This document shows positions 45,501 through 53,933 of a stretch of DNA of 64,000 nt, piece by piece. The stretch is from positions 101,047-165,046 of the forward strand of contig CAZEYD010000001.1 in assembly GCA_964516745.1 (NCBI GenBank), in the 5' to 3' direction. This DNA is from Candidatus Woesearchaeota archaeon (lineage in GTDB: Archaea > Nanobdellota > Nanobdellia > Pacearchaeales > GW2011-AR1). The notes beneath the pieces are model-generated. The model did not search any database. It had not been told where the DNA came from and saw only the letters and a list, made by a program, of their open reading frames with translations. The position numbers were made by a program, and so were the translations under genes. How positions within the stretch are numbered: position 1 is the stretch's first letter; the number at the start of each line of letters is the position of its first letter.

Positions 45501-48500
45501 ACGCAAAAGTCATTGGCCCTTCAAAAAGTCTCAAATCATCTATATACATATAATCATCTGAATCAGCCACATTAGTTGTTAACCACCAAGTTATCATAAT
45601 TCTTCTATCTTCTCTTGCAGTAAAAGTTCTTGTATACTGATGCCAAGAATCATCACTTGTTAATGCATTTGTAAATACATAGCTTGTTCCATCGTGAAAA
45701 CCTATTACTTTCTCTAAAGTATTTGTTGATGAAGAATTATACCAAAACGAAATTGTATATGTTTTAGAATCTGTAGAAATTCCTCTAGGGGGAATATATT
45801 GATAGATATATGAATATGTTCCAGTTGAAGTAAATTTACCTGAATAAGTTCCTGTTTTCACAATTGTTGATTCTCTTTCACTTATTGTTCCTCCATTTTT
45901 TGTCCATCCATCTGGAAGAGTTGAAGTTCCCGCAGTCCAACTTTCTAAATCACCATTAACAACAAGGTTTTGTGAAGAAGTCTCTGAAAATGCTTTACCT
46001 GGAGTATTCGATGCAGTCGTAGATAATAACCCACTAGTATCTACATATAATGCATTATTTTGAATTCTAAAATCACCATTAACATCAAGTTTTGCATTTG
46101 GAGCATTAGTCCCAATTCCAACTTTGTCAGGAATATACACTTCCCCACTATCTGAATCCAAAGTCAGATCACCTGATACATCACTAATTAATGAACCACC
46201 TACCTTCAAATAACCTATCGCACCATTACCTACTGTCAAACCAGGATTTGCTGTACTCGTAAAACTAGTAGCGGTTGCCGTCGTTGCACCTCGACCAGTT
46301 ACTGTAGCTAAAGTATCAGATTCAATAGCAGCACTAGTATTCACCGCATCCAACTGCGATTTCGTAACCGCATCCGTCGCAGCCGTCCCATTATCTAAAC
46401 CAGTAATCTTATTTCCTCCCATCGCAACATTACCCGTCATTGTCAAACCGGCAAAGGTTGGAGAACTAGTAGTCAAAACATTTTGATCCATATCATAAAG
46501 CTCATTAGCACCTTGACCAGTATCAAGAGTCGCAGCATAAACACTCCCAGTAAAGTTCGCATCGCCAACGACATTCAACGCATTCGCAGGCGTTGCCGTT
46601 CCAATACCAACTCTCTTATTCTGCACACCACCAGCGCCATCACTCTGAGCATAAATCGTCATAACATTATCCCTATCAATCTTAAACGCATATCCCTCTG
46701 GACTTCCTATATCCGCATCCGACGTCACCGGCATATCAACAAACGTAACCAAACCAGAATCCGCACTAAACTCAAAACTCCCAATATTCAACGCCGCTCC
46801 AACCTCAATCTGATTCTCAGAATTAACCTTAAACATATTAACAACACCGTCACCAGCAGCATTCTTCGCAGAAATCCATCCATCATTTGAAATCTGCAAA
46901 GGTGTTGTTGGGTCAGTTACGTTGATACCAAAATAATTAACATTCGTCAAATTCTTTCCGTTCAAATTAACAGAACCAGTCGCACCAGTGTAAGGAACGT
47001 AACCCGAAGCCGATGCAGCAGCACTTAAACACGTACCATCATTCAAACAAATATCCCCACTAGCATTAATATTCCCAGAAACATCTAAAGCTTCACCGGG
47101 AGTCATTCCAATTCCAACATTTGCTTCTAATATTTCAATATTTCCAGCAGTATCAAAAACTATTCTCTCTGCTCCAGAAATACCAATATATTTATCATCT
47201 GCCATATAGACATTTTGGTCTGTCTCAATATCTCCCGTAACATAAAAATCATTATCTCCTGTTGCTGTAGTAGCTGTACCACTTCCAATATATACAGGTT
47301 GATTTGCAACATCATTAATTCTTAACGCTGCCCCAGAAGAATCTAAATTATCTCCAGCAATTGTTAAGTCTGAATAAGTAGTAATTGCACCAACAGAATT
47401 TGCAGAGAGAAACATTTGAGATCCTTCAACTCTACCCTTATTAACATTTTCTTCGGTTAAAACCCCAACGGAATAAAATGATGCATGATTATACAATCTT
47501 ACTTTTGGAACTCCACTATCCAAATAAAATTCAACATGATTAGAGCTAGTTCCCGCCTCGTATTCTTTATAAATATGAAAATTTGTACCATCACCATAAA
47601 AATATGCAACCGCACCTGTTTGTGTTCCAGTGCTAATAATCAGTCCTTTTACCTTATAACTCCTAGTAGGAGTAAAAGCAGCACCAGTAGAATCAACCAA
47701 TATTGCCGGAGTAGTAGTATTTACTGAATAAGTTTTTTCATAAGTTTTATAGACATTATTATAATTAATACCATAACCATTTGAAAGAACTAAATTCCCC
47801 GTCATCGTATCACCAGATTTTAAAACATAGTCACCAGCAGCGCCGGCAACAGTACTCAAACACTCACCACTATTCAGACAAACATCACCACTAGCATTAA
47901 TATTACCAGAAACATCTAAGGCCTCACCCGGAGTCATTCCAATACCAACTTTTCCAGTCTTCTCAACAACGAATAATGCATTTGCACCATATTCTGGTTG
48001 GCTACCAGAAGCATCATATCCAATTTGAAAAGAATTAAATGAACCACCATACGGCATTCCAGAGAACCACTCCTCTCCTGAATAAGTTACATCTTTATAC
48101 ACAGTTCCTATTCCTCTACCTTCATATCCAAACATTTCTACCATAGCTGTTCTAGCTGGAGAACTTGCAGTATTTGTTGCAGTTATATACATTGTGGCAG
48201 CACTTTGAGAAGAACTTCCTAATCTAAGACTACTTCCATTAACATCCAAAGTTGATCCAGGACTAGTCGTCCCAATACCTACATTACCATCCATAAACCC
48301 AATATTTCCTCTTAAATTACCAATTTCTACTCCTCCTAAATTATGTTTTATATAAAATTGACTTGGGTCTCCTGCACCAGCATCATTACGAGATGTTAAA
48401 ATATATTCACTATCCGATGCCAAAACATCTATTGCACCTATAGAAGTTGCCAAAACCCCAAATGGAGTTACCGGATTACTAATCCCAATCCCAACATTCC

Positions 48501-48765
48501 CTCCAGAATAACTCAAATTAGTCCCAGTCATCGTCCAATAGCTAACAGCCGAAGAATCAATATTCGTAAGCAATGAACCATCACCCATAAAATATCCAGC
48601 TGTAATATTCCCATCCGCATTCAAATTTCCAGTAGTTCCATTCACAACAAAATAGTTTTGTGTAGAATCTGACTCATTCCTTATTACGAAATCCTTAGCA
48701 GAAACAAAACTAACAGCTAACAACAACACAAGAATCAAAAGTATTTTATTTTTATTTACCATCAT
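42547..48765 (-). CDS. Giant secreted tail-fibre-like repeat protein, 2072 aa (contains a CBM-like domain and two R1 blocks)
   Basis: Signal MMVNKNKILLILVLLLAVSFVSA|KDF. It has 9 VGIGT motifs, several (K/N)ITGLxxGxxxxDAVTxxQL motifs and a CBM-like start LVVNGDLESWTAGTSTLPDGWTKNGG. ATGA overlap with the upstream giant gene. Confidence 0.85.
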   Translation of the reverse strand: MMVNKNKILLILVLLLAVSFVSAKDFVIRNESDSTQNYFVVNGTTGNLNADGNITAGYFMGDGSLLTNIDSSAVSYWTMTGTNLSYSGGNVGIGISNPVTPFGVLATSIGAIDVLASDSEYILTSRNDAGAGDPSQFYIKHNLGGVEIGNLRGNIGFMDGNVGIGTTSPGSTLDVNGSSLRLGSSSQSAATMYITATNTASSPARTAMVEMFGYEGRGIGTVYKDVTYSGEEWFSGMPYGGSFNSFQIGYDASGSQPEYGANALFVVEKTGKVGIGMTPGEALDVSGNINASGDVCLNSGECLSTVAGAAGDYVLKSGDTMTGNLVLSNGYGINYNNVYKTYEKTYSVNTTTPAILVDSTGAAFTPTRSYKVKGLIISTGTQTGAVAYFYGDGTNFHIYKEYEAGTSSNHVEFYLDSGVPKVRLYNHASFYSVGVLTEENVNKGRVEGSQMFLSANSVGAITTYSDLTIAGDNLDSSGAALRINDVANQPVYIGSGTATTATGDNDFYVTGDIETDQNVYMADDKYIGISGAERIVFDTAGNIEILEANVGIGMTPGEALDVSGNINASGDICLNDGTCLSAAASASGYVPYTGATGSVNLNGKNLTNVNYFGINVTDPTTPLQISNDGWISAKNAAGDGVVNMFKVNSENQIEVGAALNIGSFEFSADSGLVTFVDMPVTSDADIGSPEGYAFKIDRDNVMTIYAQSDGAGGVQNKRVGIGTATPANALNVVGDANFTGSVYAATLDTGQGANELYDMDQNVLTTSSPTFAGLTMTGNVAMGGNKITGLDNGTAATDAVTKSQLDAVNTSAAIESDTLATVTGRGATTATATSFTSTANPGLTVGNGAIGYLKVGGSLISDVSGDLTLDSDSGEVYIPDKVGIGTNAPNAKLDVNGDFRIQNNALYVDTSGLLSTTASNTPGKAFSETSSQNLVVNGDLESWTAGTSTLPDGWTKNGGTISERESTIVKTGTYSGKFTSTGTYSYIYQYIPPRGISTDSKTYTISFWYNSSSTNTLEKVIGFHDGTSYVFTNALTSDDSWHQYTRTFTAREDRRIMITWWLTTNVADSDDYMYIDDLRLFEGPMTFAYNDKPLSASGNETHYGDLYNIGGNVGIGTTTPVGTLNVIGDGNFTGALTVDTINTGNGAMNLGDDSTIDNSDTNSIPTADAVYDFVASYMATGGTGDIYVDITGDTMSGNLSMGSHYITGLGNGSAAQDAVTYSQLQAISGTMTGDYVPYSGATGSVDLNSKNLTNVNRLGIGVSDPTTPLQLANDGWISAKNAVGDGTINMFKVNSENQIEVGAALNIGSFEFSADSGLVTFVDMPVTADASAGTSESYVFKVDGDNIMTIYSESDGMDSIQNKRVGIGTATPKNTLNVVGDANFTGAVYGATLDTGQGANELYDMDQNVLTSSSPTFSGLTMTGNVAMSGNKITGLADGSADNDAVTYSQLQSVNSTVTGDYVPYTGATKAINLGVQFLTTTGAVSTGALTSTTINTGQGANELYAMNQDVLNTSSVKFAGINTTSNITMSGNYITGLANGSLPQDAVTKAQLDAVNTTASVAESDPIWTLAKSNYYNTTQTDSQIVAANTSMKDYVDIRDTVANLHTHDAANITSGTLDIVRLPTTVQNIVGSTGLPNTFDLIVYGDSDKYYPVQIYGGNQNVMRTIKIWRSYSELHPADWYSSTHGGGLMLTWQGNFGGWGGAIYYDRLEEFTEQYNPTVGNAYIYTHSIGYVFMLRGGGSGGAIYHFASDQSLNGYGTTGPQVAYNTSIKFYDNANPSYIVYAPAPVSVQDTSRLDGMKRKKQSEFDNRYINTVGDTMTGDLAMSGNKITGLADGTANNDAVTYSQLQAVNTSAAVESDPYWTGNYSNVAFINKANTFGAYNQNFDSGTLFVDAANNRVGIGITSPYYQLDNRFSNPDIVFSGGGGGDWGSDGLRVENVNGTIGTMATLQFRVGDADTHIAAVRRGSNDADLGFFFEGVEKMRINNNGSMTFMTGAAINEFSTDTNLAGNSDLAVPTEKAVKTYVDDAVGAGVSSGISGTTNYLAKFNSTNSVTTSSVIDDDEGVRIGL
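44400..45010. repeat. Shared fibre block R1, second copy in the 2072-aa gene (core 44660-44990)
   Basis: ..SDPTTPLQLANDGWISAKNAVGDGTINMFKVNSENQIEVGAALNIGSFEFSADSGLVTFVDMPVTADASAGTSESYVFKVDGDNIMTIYSESDG..NKRVGIGT.. Confidence 0.8.
46330..47125. repeat. Shared fibre block R1, first copy in the 2072-aa gene (core 46610-46930)
   Basis: Nearly identical DNA to 18286-18985 (for example, compare 46621-46925 with 18481-18785). Confidence 0.8.
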
Positions 48766-51700
48766 ATTTCAATAATCACATCCCCCGTTACATGCATAGC
48801 CGCCTCAGGCGACGTTTGATTTATACCAACTTTACCATCTCCTCTAAATGTCATTAAATTATCCTCCGAACCACTTACTTCTGATCTAATATGTAATAAA
48901 TTATTATCACCACTTACTGAATTACCATCAAAGAAAAAACTAAACATTGAGGCAGTCTCTTGAAAATACATTTTATATTGATCAGTACCTGGAGAATCAA
49001 AATACATTCCTGCACCGGCAGTTTCATCATATAAATGCAATTGTCCTATCGGATTCGTCGTCCCAATTCCTACCCTCGCATTATTCGTATCAACAAATAA
49101 ATCACTACCACCAACACTAAAATTATTATTTCCTAAAACTACATTAGCATCAGCACCAGTATAAGGAACATAATCACCAGATACCACCGAACTAACAGCA
49201 TCTAACTGCGCCTTCGTCACCGCATCCGTCGCGGCCGTCCCGTTACCCAAGCCAGTAATCTTATTTCCCCCCATCGCGACATTCCCCGTCATCGTCAAAC
49301 CAGCAAAAGTTGGAGAACTAGTAGTCAAAACATTTTGATTCATATCATAAAGCTCATTAGCCCCTTGCCCAGTATCAAGAGTTGTAGCATAAACAGCCCC
49401 AGTAAAATTCGCATCACCAATAACATTCAAGGCATTCTTCGGAGTAATCGTCCCAATACCAACTCTCTTATTCTGCACTCCACCAGAACCATCAGCCTCA
49501 GAATAAACCGTCATAATATTATCCCCATCAACCTTAAACACATAACTCTCAGAATCCCCAGCGCTAGCATCAGCAGTCACCGGCATATCCGCAAAAGTAA
49601 CCAAACCAGAATCAGCAGCAAACTCAAAACTCCCGATATTCAATGCCGCCCCAACCTCAATTTGATTCTCCGAATTAACCTTAAACATATTAACAACACC
49701 ATCACCCGCAGCATTCTTCGCAGAAATCCATCCATCATTTGAAAGTTGTAGAAGAGTTGTTGGGTCGGAAACACCAAGACCTAATCTCTTATTCGTATTA
49801 TCCCATGTAAAATTTCCATCATAAGTTAAAGTGTCAGCATCAGACCAAAACGCAGCCTTATTCGCAGCACCCGAACCATCCAAACCAGACCCCGCCGCAG
49901 AATCAACATAAGCTTTAACCGCCTTCTCCGTAGGAACAGCTAAATCGGAATTACCAGCCAAAGCAGTATCCGTCGAGAATTCATTAATCATAGCACCATT
50001 AAGAAGAGTTAAGTTACCTTCGACATCTAATCTACCATCTATCCTCACAACTGTATTAGCCTCAGTACCACCAATTATAAAACCATCATTTGAACCGACA
50101 GCGACTGCACCATCCGCATGTTTATATTGTATCCAACCATTCTGTGTATAACCTGCAATATTATCACTAAAATTTATTGTTGCTCCAATTGCATTTGTTG
50201 ATGTTTTAATATACAATCCATCATCCGATAAATGAGTCAATCTTCCCGTCATAGTATCTCCCGTCTTCAAAACATAATCACCAGCAGCACCAGCAACAGT
50301 ACTCAAACACTCACCACTATCCAAACAAACATCACCCGTAGCGTTAATATTACCAATGACATCTAGAGCTTCACCAGGAGTTGATGTACCAATACCAATA
50401 TTACTATCATTATCCAAAACTAAAACATTTTTATTACTCGCAAAACCAAATTTTAATCCTCCTAAATCATTCAAACCATAGTATTCCCCATAACCAGTTG
50501 AAGAATTATATCCCACAGTGATCCTATTCCCTCCACTATTTTGAAAACTCATAAAATCCTCTACTGACAATCCTTGATCCGGCGTCGCCGTCCCAATCCC
50601 AACATTACCATCATTATAATAAATATCACTTCCTGTCGTCGTCCACTGACTAGTCCCAGCAACAGCATCACTCAAACAAGCACCATTAGCACAAATATCG
50701 CCACTAGCAGTAATATTACCAACAACATCCAAGGCTTCACCAGGATTAATTGTTCCAATACCTACGTTACCACCTACAGGATTAAGAGATAAATATTTAA
50801 CAGAATTATCATTATTTTGTGCTTGTATCCAAGTATATGCCGCACTCCCTACTCCAAACATTAATTTTGTACTTGTTGTTGATGATGCATCTAAAGCTAA
50901 TGCAGAATTTGTTAAAGTTGTTGCACCAGTAGAACTTGCCGCAGCCGCCGTTCCTTTGTCTACTTCCAATTTGGCATCTGGACTATTCGTCCCAATACCA
51001 ACAGACGCAGCACCTATAGTTTGTCTAGTATTAGAAGTATCAAACGCAGTAACATCTGTAACCGATGAAGTTGGTAGGCTCTTCAGGATATTAGCTGATA
51101 ATTCCGATTTAATCAAACCATCAAACCATACCTCCGTAAAAGGATACGGATTAGCAGATTGATATCTTAATGCAATATAATTATCTCCACTATAAGTAAC
51201 AGTAACCAAAGACCATTTTTCATCATTTTGAACACCCTGTTTAGTATTAATATAACCCCTTTTAGTATCTACATCATTAGCAGTAGTAACTAATATATCT
51301 ACTATAGACGCCTGATAATTACCAGAACTCCTATGCCCATAAAGAGTACCAAGAACTTCATTCGTACCCCTGCTATTATTCACAAGTAACCAAACTTGAT
51401 CCCCAACATTTTCTTGCCAAGTTAATGGTTTATATTGAACAAAGTTTCCACTACTAATTTGGCCATTGTCAGCAACTGTTACACCACTATCTTGAACAAT
51501 CTTACCAGTCGTAGAATCAAATCTTGCAATAGCATTATCAGTTGAAGATGCTGGACCAACAACATAACTATCAGCAGCACCAACACTAACAGCATCCAAT
51601 TGAGATTTAGTCACAGCATCCTGAGCTGCCGACCCATTTCCTAAACCAGTAATTTTATTAGTCCCCATCGCAATATTTCCCGTCATAGTCAAACCAGTTA

Positions 51701-53468
51701 ATGTTCCAACACCACTCCCATCAATACGAACTGTCCCATCACCAGTACCAGTCCTAATACCAAAAATCGCATTAACACCAACATCATCAACAATTCTCAT
51801 ATGAACCTTGTTTCCATCTTCTGGCTCATAAAAATCAAGTCCTTCAGCTGTTCCCCTAATCGCCATATCAATACCAGCATCAACAGCACCATCAAAAGTA
51901 ATCGCACGACTATTAGACGAATAATAATTCATATTCAAATCTCCCGTCATAGTATCCCCAGATTTCAAAACATAATCACCAGCAGCACCAGCAACAGTAC
52001 TCAAACACGCACCACCATCAATACAAATATCATCACTAGCAGTAATATTACCAACAACATCCAAAGCCTCACTAGGATCACTCGTTCCTATTCCTACTTT
52101 TCCATCATCTGTAATTCTCATTTTCTCTGAAGCATCTGCATTATATCGTGTTGTTCCAAAAGACATTCCCCAATGCTGACCATAAGAATCTTCCTCATTA
52201 ATTGATTTAATAAATCCACGAATTCCATCTTGTTGACTACTGCTATCCTCTCCATAAAATTCAATCTTCCCTACAGTATCTCCTATAACCCAATCATTTG
52301 AATCTTTAGTAGAAGTTAATCTAAAAGTAGTATTTAGAAGAGTACTAACATCTAGTGTTTTATTTGGACTAGTCGTCCCTATTCCAACATTTCCAGAAGA
52401 ACCATCAATAGTTAATTTATCTGTAGGATCTACTGCTGAACCCGGCGACATTTGTATCGTAAAATCAACAGAACCATCGCTTTGTCTTACACTGTTTAAG
52501 TTTGTTATTCCATTTTCAGCTGTTATTCCTGTTGTAGAAACAAATCTAAGTTGTGTTCCGGTCCCAGTAGTTGTATTTGAATTTTGTAATACCAGTTGAT
52601 TTATTAATTCCCCTCCATCAGTATTAGTAATTTGTAACTTTGTAGCTGGTGCAGCCGTCCCTATTCCAACATTTCCACTAGCATCAATCACCATATGATC
52701 AACTCCATTCATATCGAAATGCAACTTAGCACCAGAATAATATCTACTAATATACGCATTTTCAGTTCCACCAGAATTATAAGATAATTCAAAACGACTG
52801 CTTGAATCATATCCTCTACCTAGTGATAATCTACTTCTTGCTGAATCGGTATGCCAAAAATTAAGTTGATTTATAGAATCATCGTATATATGGAATGATG
52901 TATCCGGCGTCCCCGTCCCAATTCCCACATTTCCCCCGGAATAACTCAAATTCGTTCCCGTCATCGTCCAATAGCTAACAGCCGAAGAATCAATATTCGT
53001 AAGCAATGAACCATCACCCATAAAATAATCAGCTGTAATGTTTCCCGTCGTCAACAAATTCTGAGCACCAATATTAACCTCACTATCAAACTCAACACCA
53101 GCAATACTAACATTCTGAGCTCTAAAAGCATAAGGACTCGTTGTTAAATTAATCCTCGGTGTCATTTCTAAATCGGTTCCAACCTTAATCCCCAAAAAAT
53201 ATTGTGACTTAAAATCTAAACCACTAAGATCCAAAATCACATCATAAATACCTTCCGTATCAGGAGTCACAGATTTTAAACTAGAATACAAAGCACTCCC
53301 ACCACTAGTAACAGAATAAACAGAGAAATTAATATTCGTAGCCACAGAAACAGGAACACCAGAATCATCAGTCAACTTACCATGAATATTAAATGTCTGA
53401 GGGATTGCCAAAATACTAGGCAAAACAAAGATACAAAATATAAACATAAAAATTATTTTACTTCTCAT
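48762..53468 (-). CDS. Giant secreted tail-fibre-like repeat protein, 1568 aa
   Basis: Signal MRSKIIFMFIFCIFVLPSILA. It has 11 VGIG motifs. It shares an N-terminal block with the next gene (YFMGDGSLLTNIDSSAVSYWTMTGTNLSYSGGNVGIG) as well as R1 and other blocks. Its ATG lies inside the last 11 nt of the HEPN gene. Confidence 0.85.
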   Translation of the reverse strand: MRSKIIFMFIFCIFVLPSILAIPQTFNIHGKLTDDSGVPVSVATNINFSVYSVTSGGSALYSSLKSVTPDTEGIYDVILDLSGLDFKSQYFLGIKVGTDLEMTPRINLTTSPYAFRAQNVSIAGVEFDSEVNIGAQNLLTTGNITADYFMGDGSLLTNIDSSAVSYWTMTGTNLSYSGGNVGIGTGTPDTSFHIYDDSINQLNFWHTDSARSRLSLGRGYDSSSRFELSYNSGGTENAYISRYYSGAKLHFDMNGVDHMVIDASGNVGIGTAAPATKLQITNTDGGELINQLVLQNSNTTTGTGTQLRFVSTTGITAENGITNLNSVRQSDGSVDFTIQMSPGSAVDPTDKLTIDGSSGNVGIGTTSPNKTLDVSTLLNTTFRLTSTKDSNDWVIGDTVGKIEFYGEDSSSQQDGIRGFIKSINEEDSYGQHWGMSFGTTRYNADASEKMRITDDGKVGIGTSDPSEALDVVGNITASDDICIDGGACLSTVAGAAGDYVLKSGDTMTGDLNMNYYSSNSRAITFDGAVDAGIDMAIRGTAEGLDFYEPEDGNKVHMRIVDDVGVNAIFGIRTGTGDGTVRIDGSGVGTLTGLTMTGNIAMGTNKITGLGNGSAAQDAVTKSQLDAVSVGAADSYVVGPASSTDNAIARFDSTTGKIVQDSGVTVADNGQISSGNFVQYKPLTWQENVGDQVWLLVNNSRGTNEVLGTLYGHRSSGNYQASIVDILVTTANDVDTKRGYINTKQGVQNDEKWSLVTVTYSGDNYIALRYQSANPYPFTEVWFDGLIKSELSANILKSLPTSSVTDVTAFDTSNTRQTIGAASVGIGTNSPDAKLEVDKGTAAAASSTGATTLTNSALALDASSTTSTKLMFGVGSAAYTWIQAQNNDNSVKYLSLNPVGGNVGIGTINPGEALDVVGNITASGDICANGACLSDAVAGTSQWTTTGSDIYYNDGNVGIGTATPDQGLSVEDFMSFQNSGGNRITVGYNSSTGYGEYYGLNDLGGLKFGFASNKNVLVLDNDSNIGIGTSTPGEALDVIGNINATGDVCLDSGECLSTVAGAAGDYVLKTGDTMTGRLTHLSDDGLYIKTSTNAIGATINFSDNIAGYTQNGWIQYKHADGAVAVGSNDGFIIGGTEANTVVRIDGRLDVEGNLTLLNGAMINEFSTDTALAGNSDLAVPTEKAVKAYVDSAAGSGLDGSGAANKAAFWSDADTLTYDGNFTWDNTNKRLGLGVSDPTTLLQLSNDGWISAKNAAGDGVVNMFKVNSENQIEVGAALNIGSFEFAADSGLVTFADMPVTADASAGDSESYVFKVDGDNIMTVYSEADGSGGVQNKRVGIGTITPKNALNVIGDANFTGAVYATTLDTGQGANELYDMNQNVLTTSSPTFAGLTMTGNVAMGGNKITGLGNGTAATDAVTKAQLDAVSSVVSGDYVPYTGADANVVLGNNNFSVGGSDLFVDTNNARVGIGTTNPIGQLHLYDETAGAGMYFDSPGTDQYKMYFQETASMFSFFFDGNSVSGDNNLLHIRSEVSGSEDNLMTFRGDGKVGINQTSPEAAMHVTGDVIIEI
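49195..49800. repeat. Shared fibre block R1, copy in the 1568-aa gene (core 49445-49780)
   Basis: ..SDPTTLLQLSNDGWISAKNAAGDGVVNMFKVNSENQIEVGAALNIGSFEFAADSGLVTFADMPVTADASAGDSESYVFKVDGDNIMTVYSEADGSGGVQNKRVGIGT.. Confidence 0.8.
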
Positions 53469-53898
53469 TCCCGAAAACCTCCTGTAACTCTTTTCTAATT
53501 TTATCTACCTTAACGCTTGTCAATTTGGAAAAAACATCTCTTGATAAAACAAAGAAGTCATAAACATTATCCCAAATCAAATTCAAATCACTCTTATTAA
53601 CATCTCTATCAACATAATATTGTAAATTTCTCCTAACCAATAACGCCCTATCAATTAAATCAAAATACTTCTCCGAATAAAATTCAGATAAAAACCTCTT
53701 CATAAACTCTAAAGAACAACCATGAATATCACATCTAATACCAATTTTTTGCATAACAGCATAGAGAGAATAATAAATTGAATAATAACCCGCAGAAATA
53801 CTAAACCTAACACTTTCCTTCCTTTCCCTATCCATTGTTCCAAAAGCCTCTTCCGCCATTTTTAAATATCCAGAACCAATTCGTTCATTCGGCTCCAC
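53458..53898 (-). CDS. HEPN-domain protein (pair C)
   Basis: 146 aa, helical. YLKMAEEAFGTM start, GIRCDIHGCSLEF His helix, LLVRRNLQYYVD (R-x4-Y). Confidence 0.65.
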   Translation of the reverse strand: MEPNERIGSGYLKMAEEAFGTMDRERKESVRFSISAGYYSIYYSLYAVMQKIGIRCDIHGCSLEFMKRFLSEFYSEKYFDLIDRALLVRRNLQYYVDRDVNKSDLNLIWDNVYDFFVLSRDVFSKLTSVKVDKIRKELQEVFGNEK

Positions 53899-53933
53899 TA
53901 ATTTTAAACCATCCTTAGCCCTACTACACCATT

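Noticed and set aside
14475-53468. Diversity-generating retroelement (template/variable repeat pairs) as the explanation for the near-identical blocks in the surface proteins.
   Set aside because: No reverse-transcriptase ORF exists in any frame of the window. Mismatches between block copies are of mixed type (for example t>a, a>g, c>g, c>t and t>c between 18481-18540 and 46621-46680) rather than confined to adenines. The copies are all coding and long.
14475-53468. Polymorphic toxin / contact-dependent inhibition system (giant filamentous protein with a C-terminal toxin followed by immunity).
   Set aside because: The C-termini of the giants are ordinary fibre repeats (for example ..GNVGIGTDSPNAKLEVTGDVIIDLSD). 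I see no recognisable toxin domain or pre-toxin motif. The downstream Bro-N/DinD-like proteins do not look like immunity proteins.
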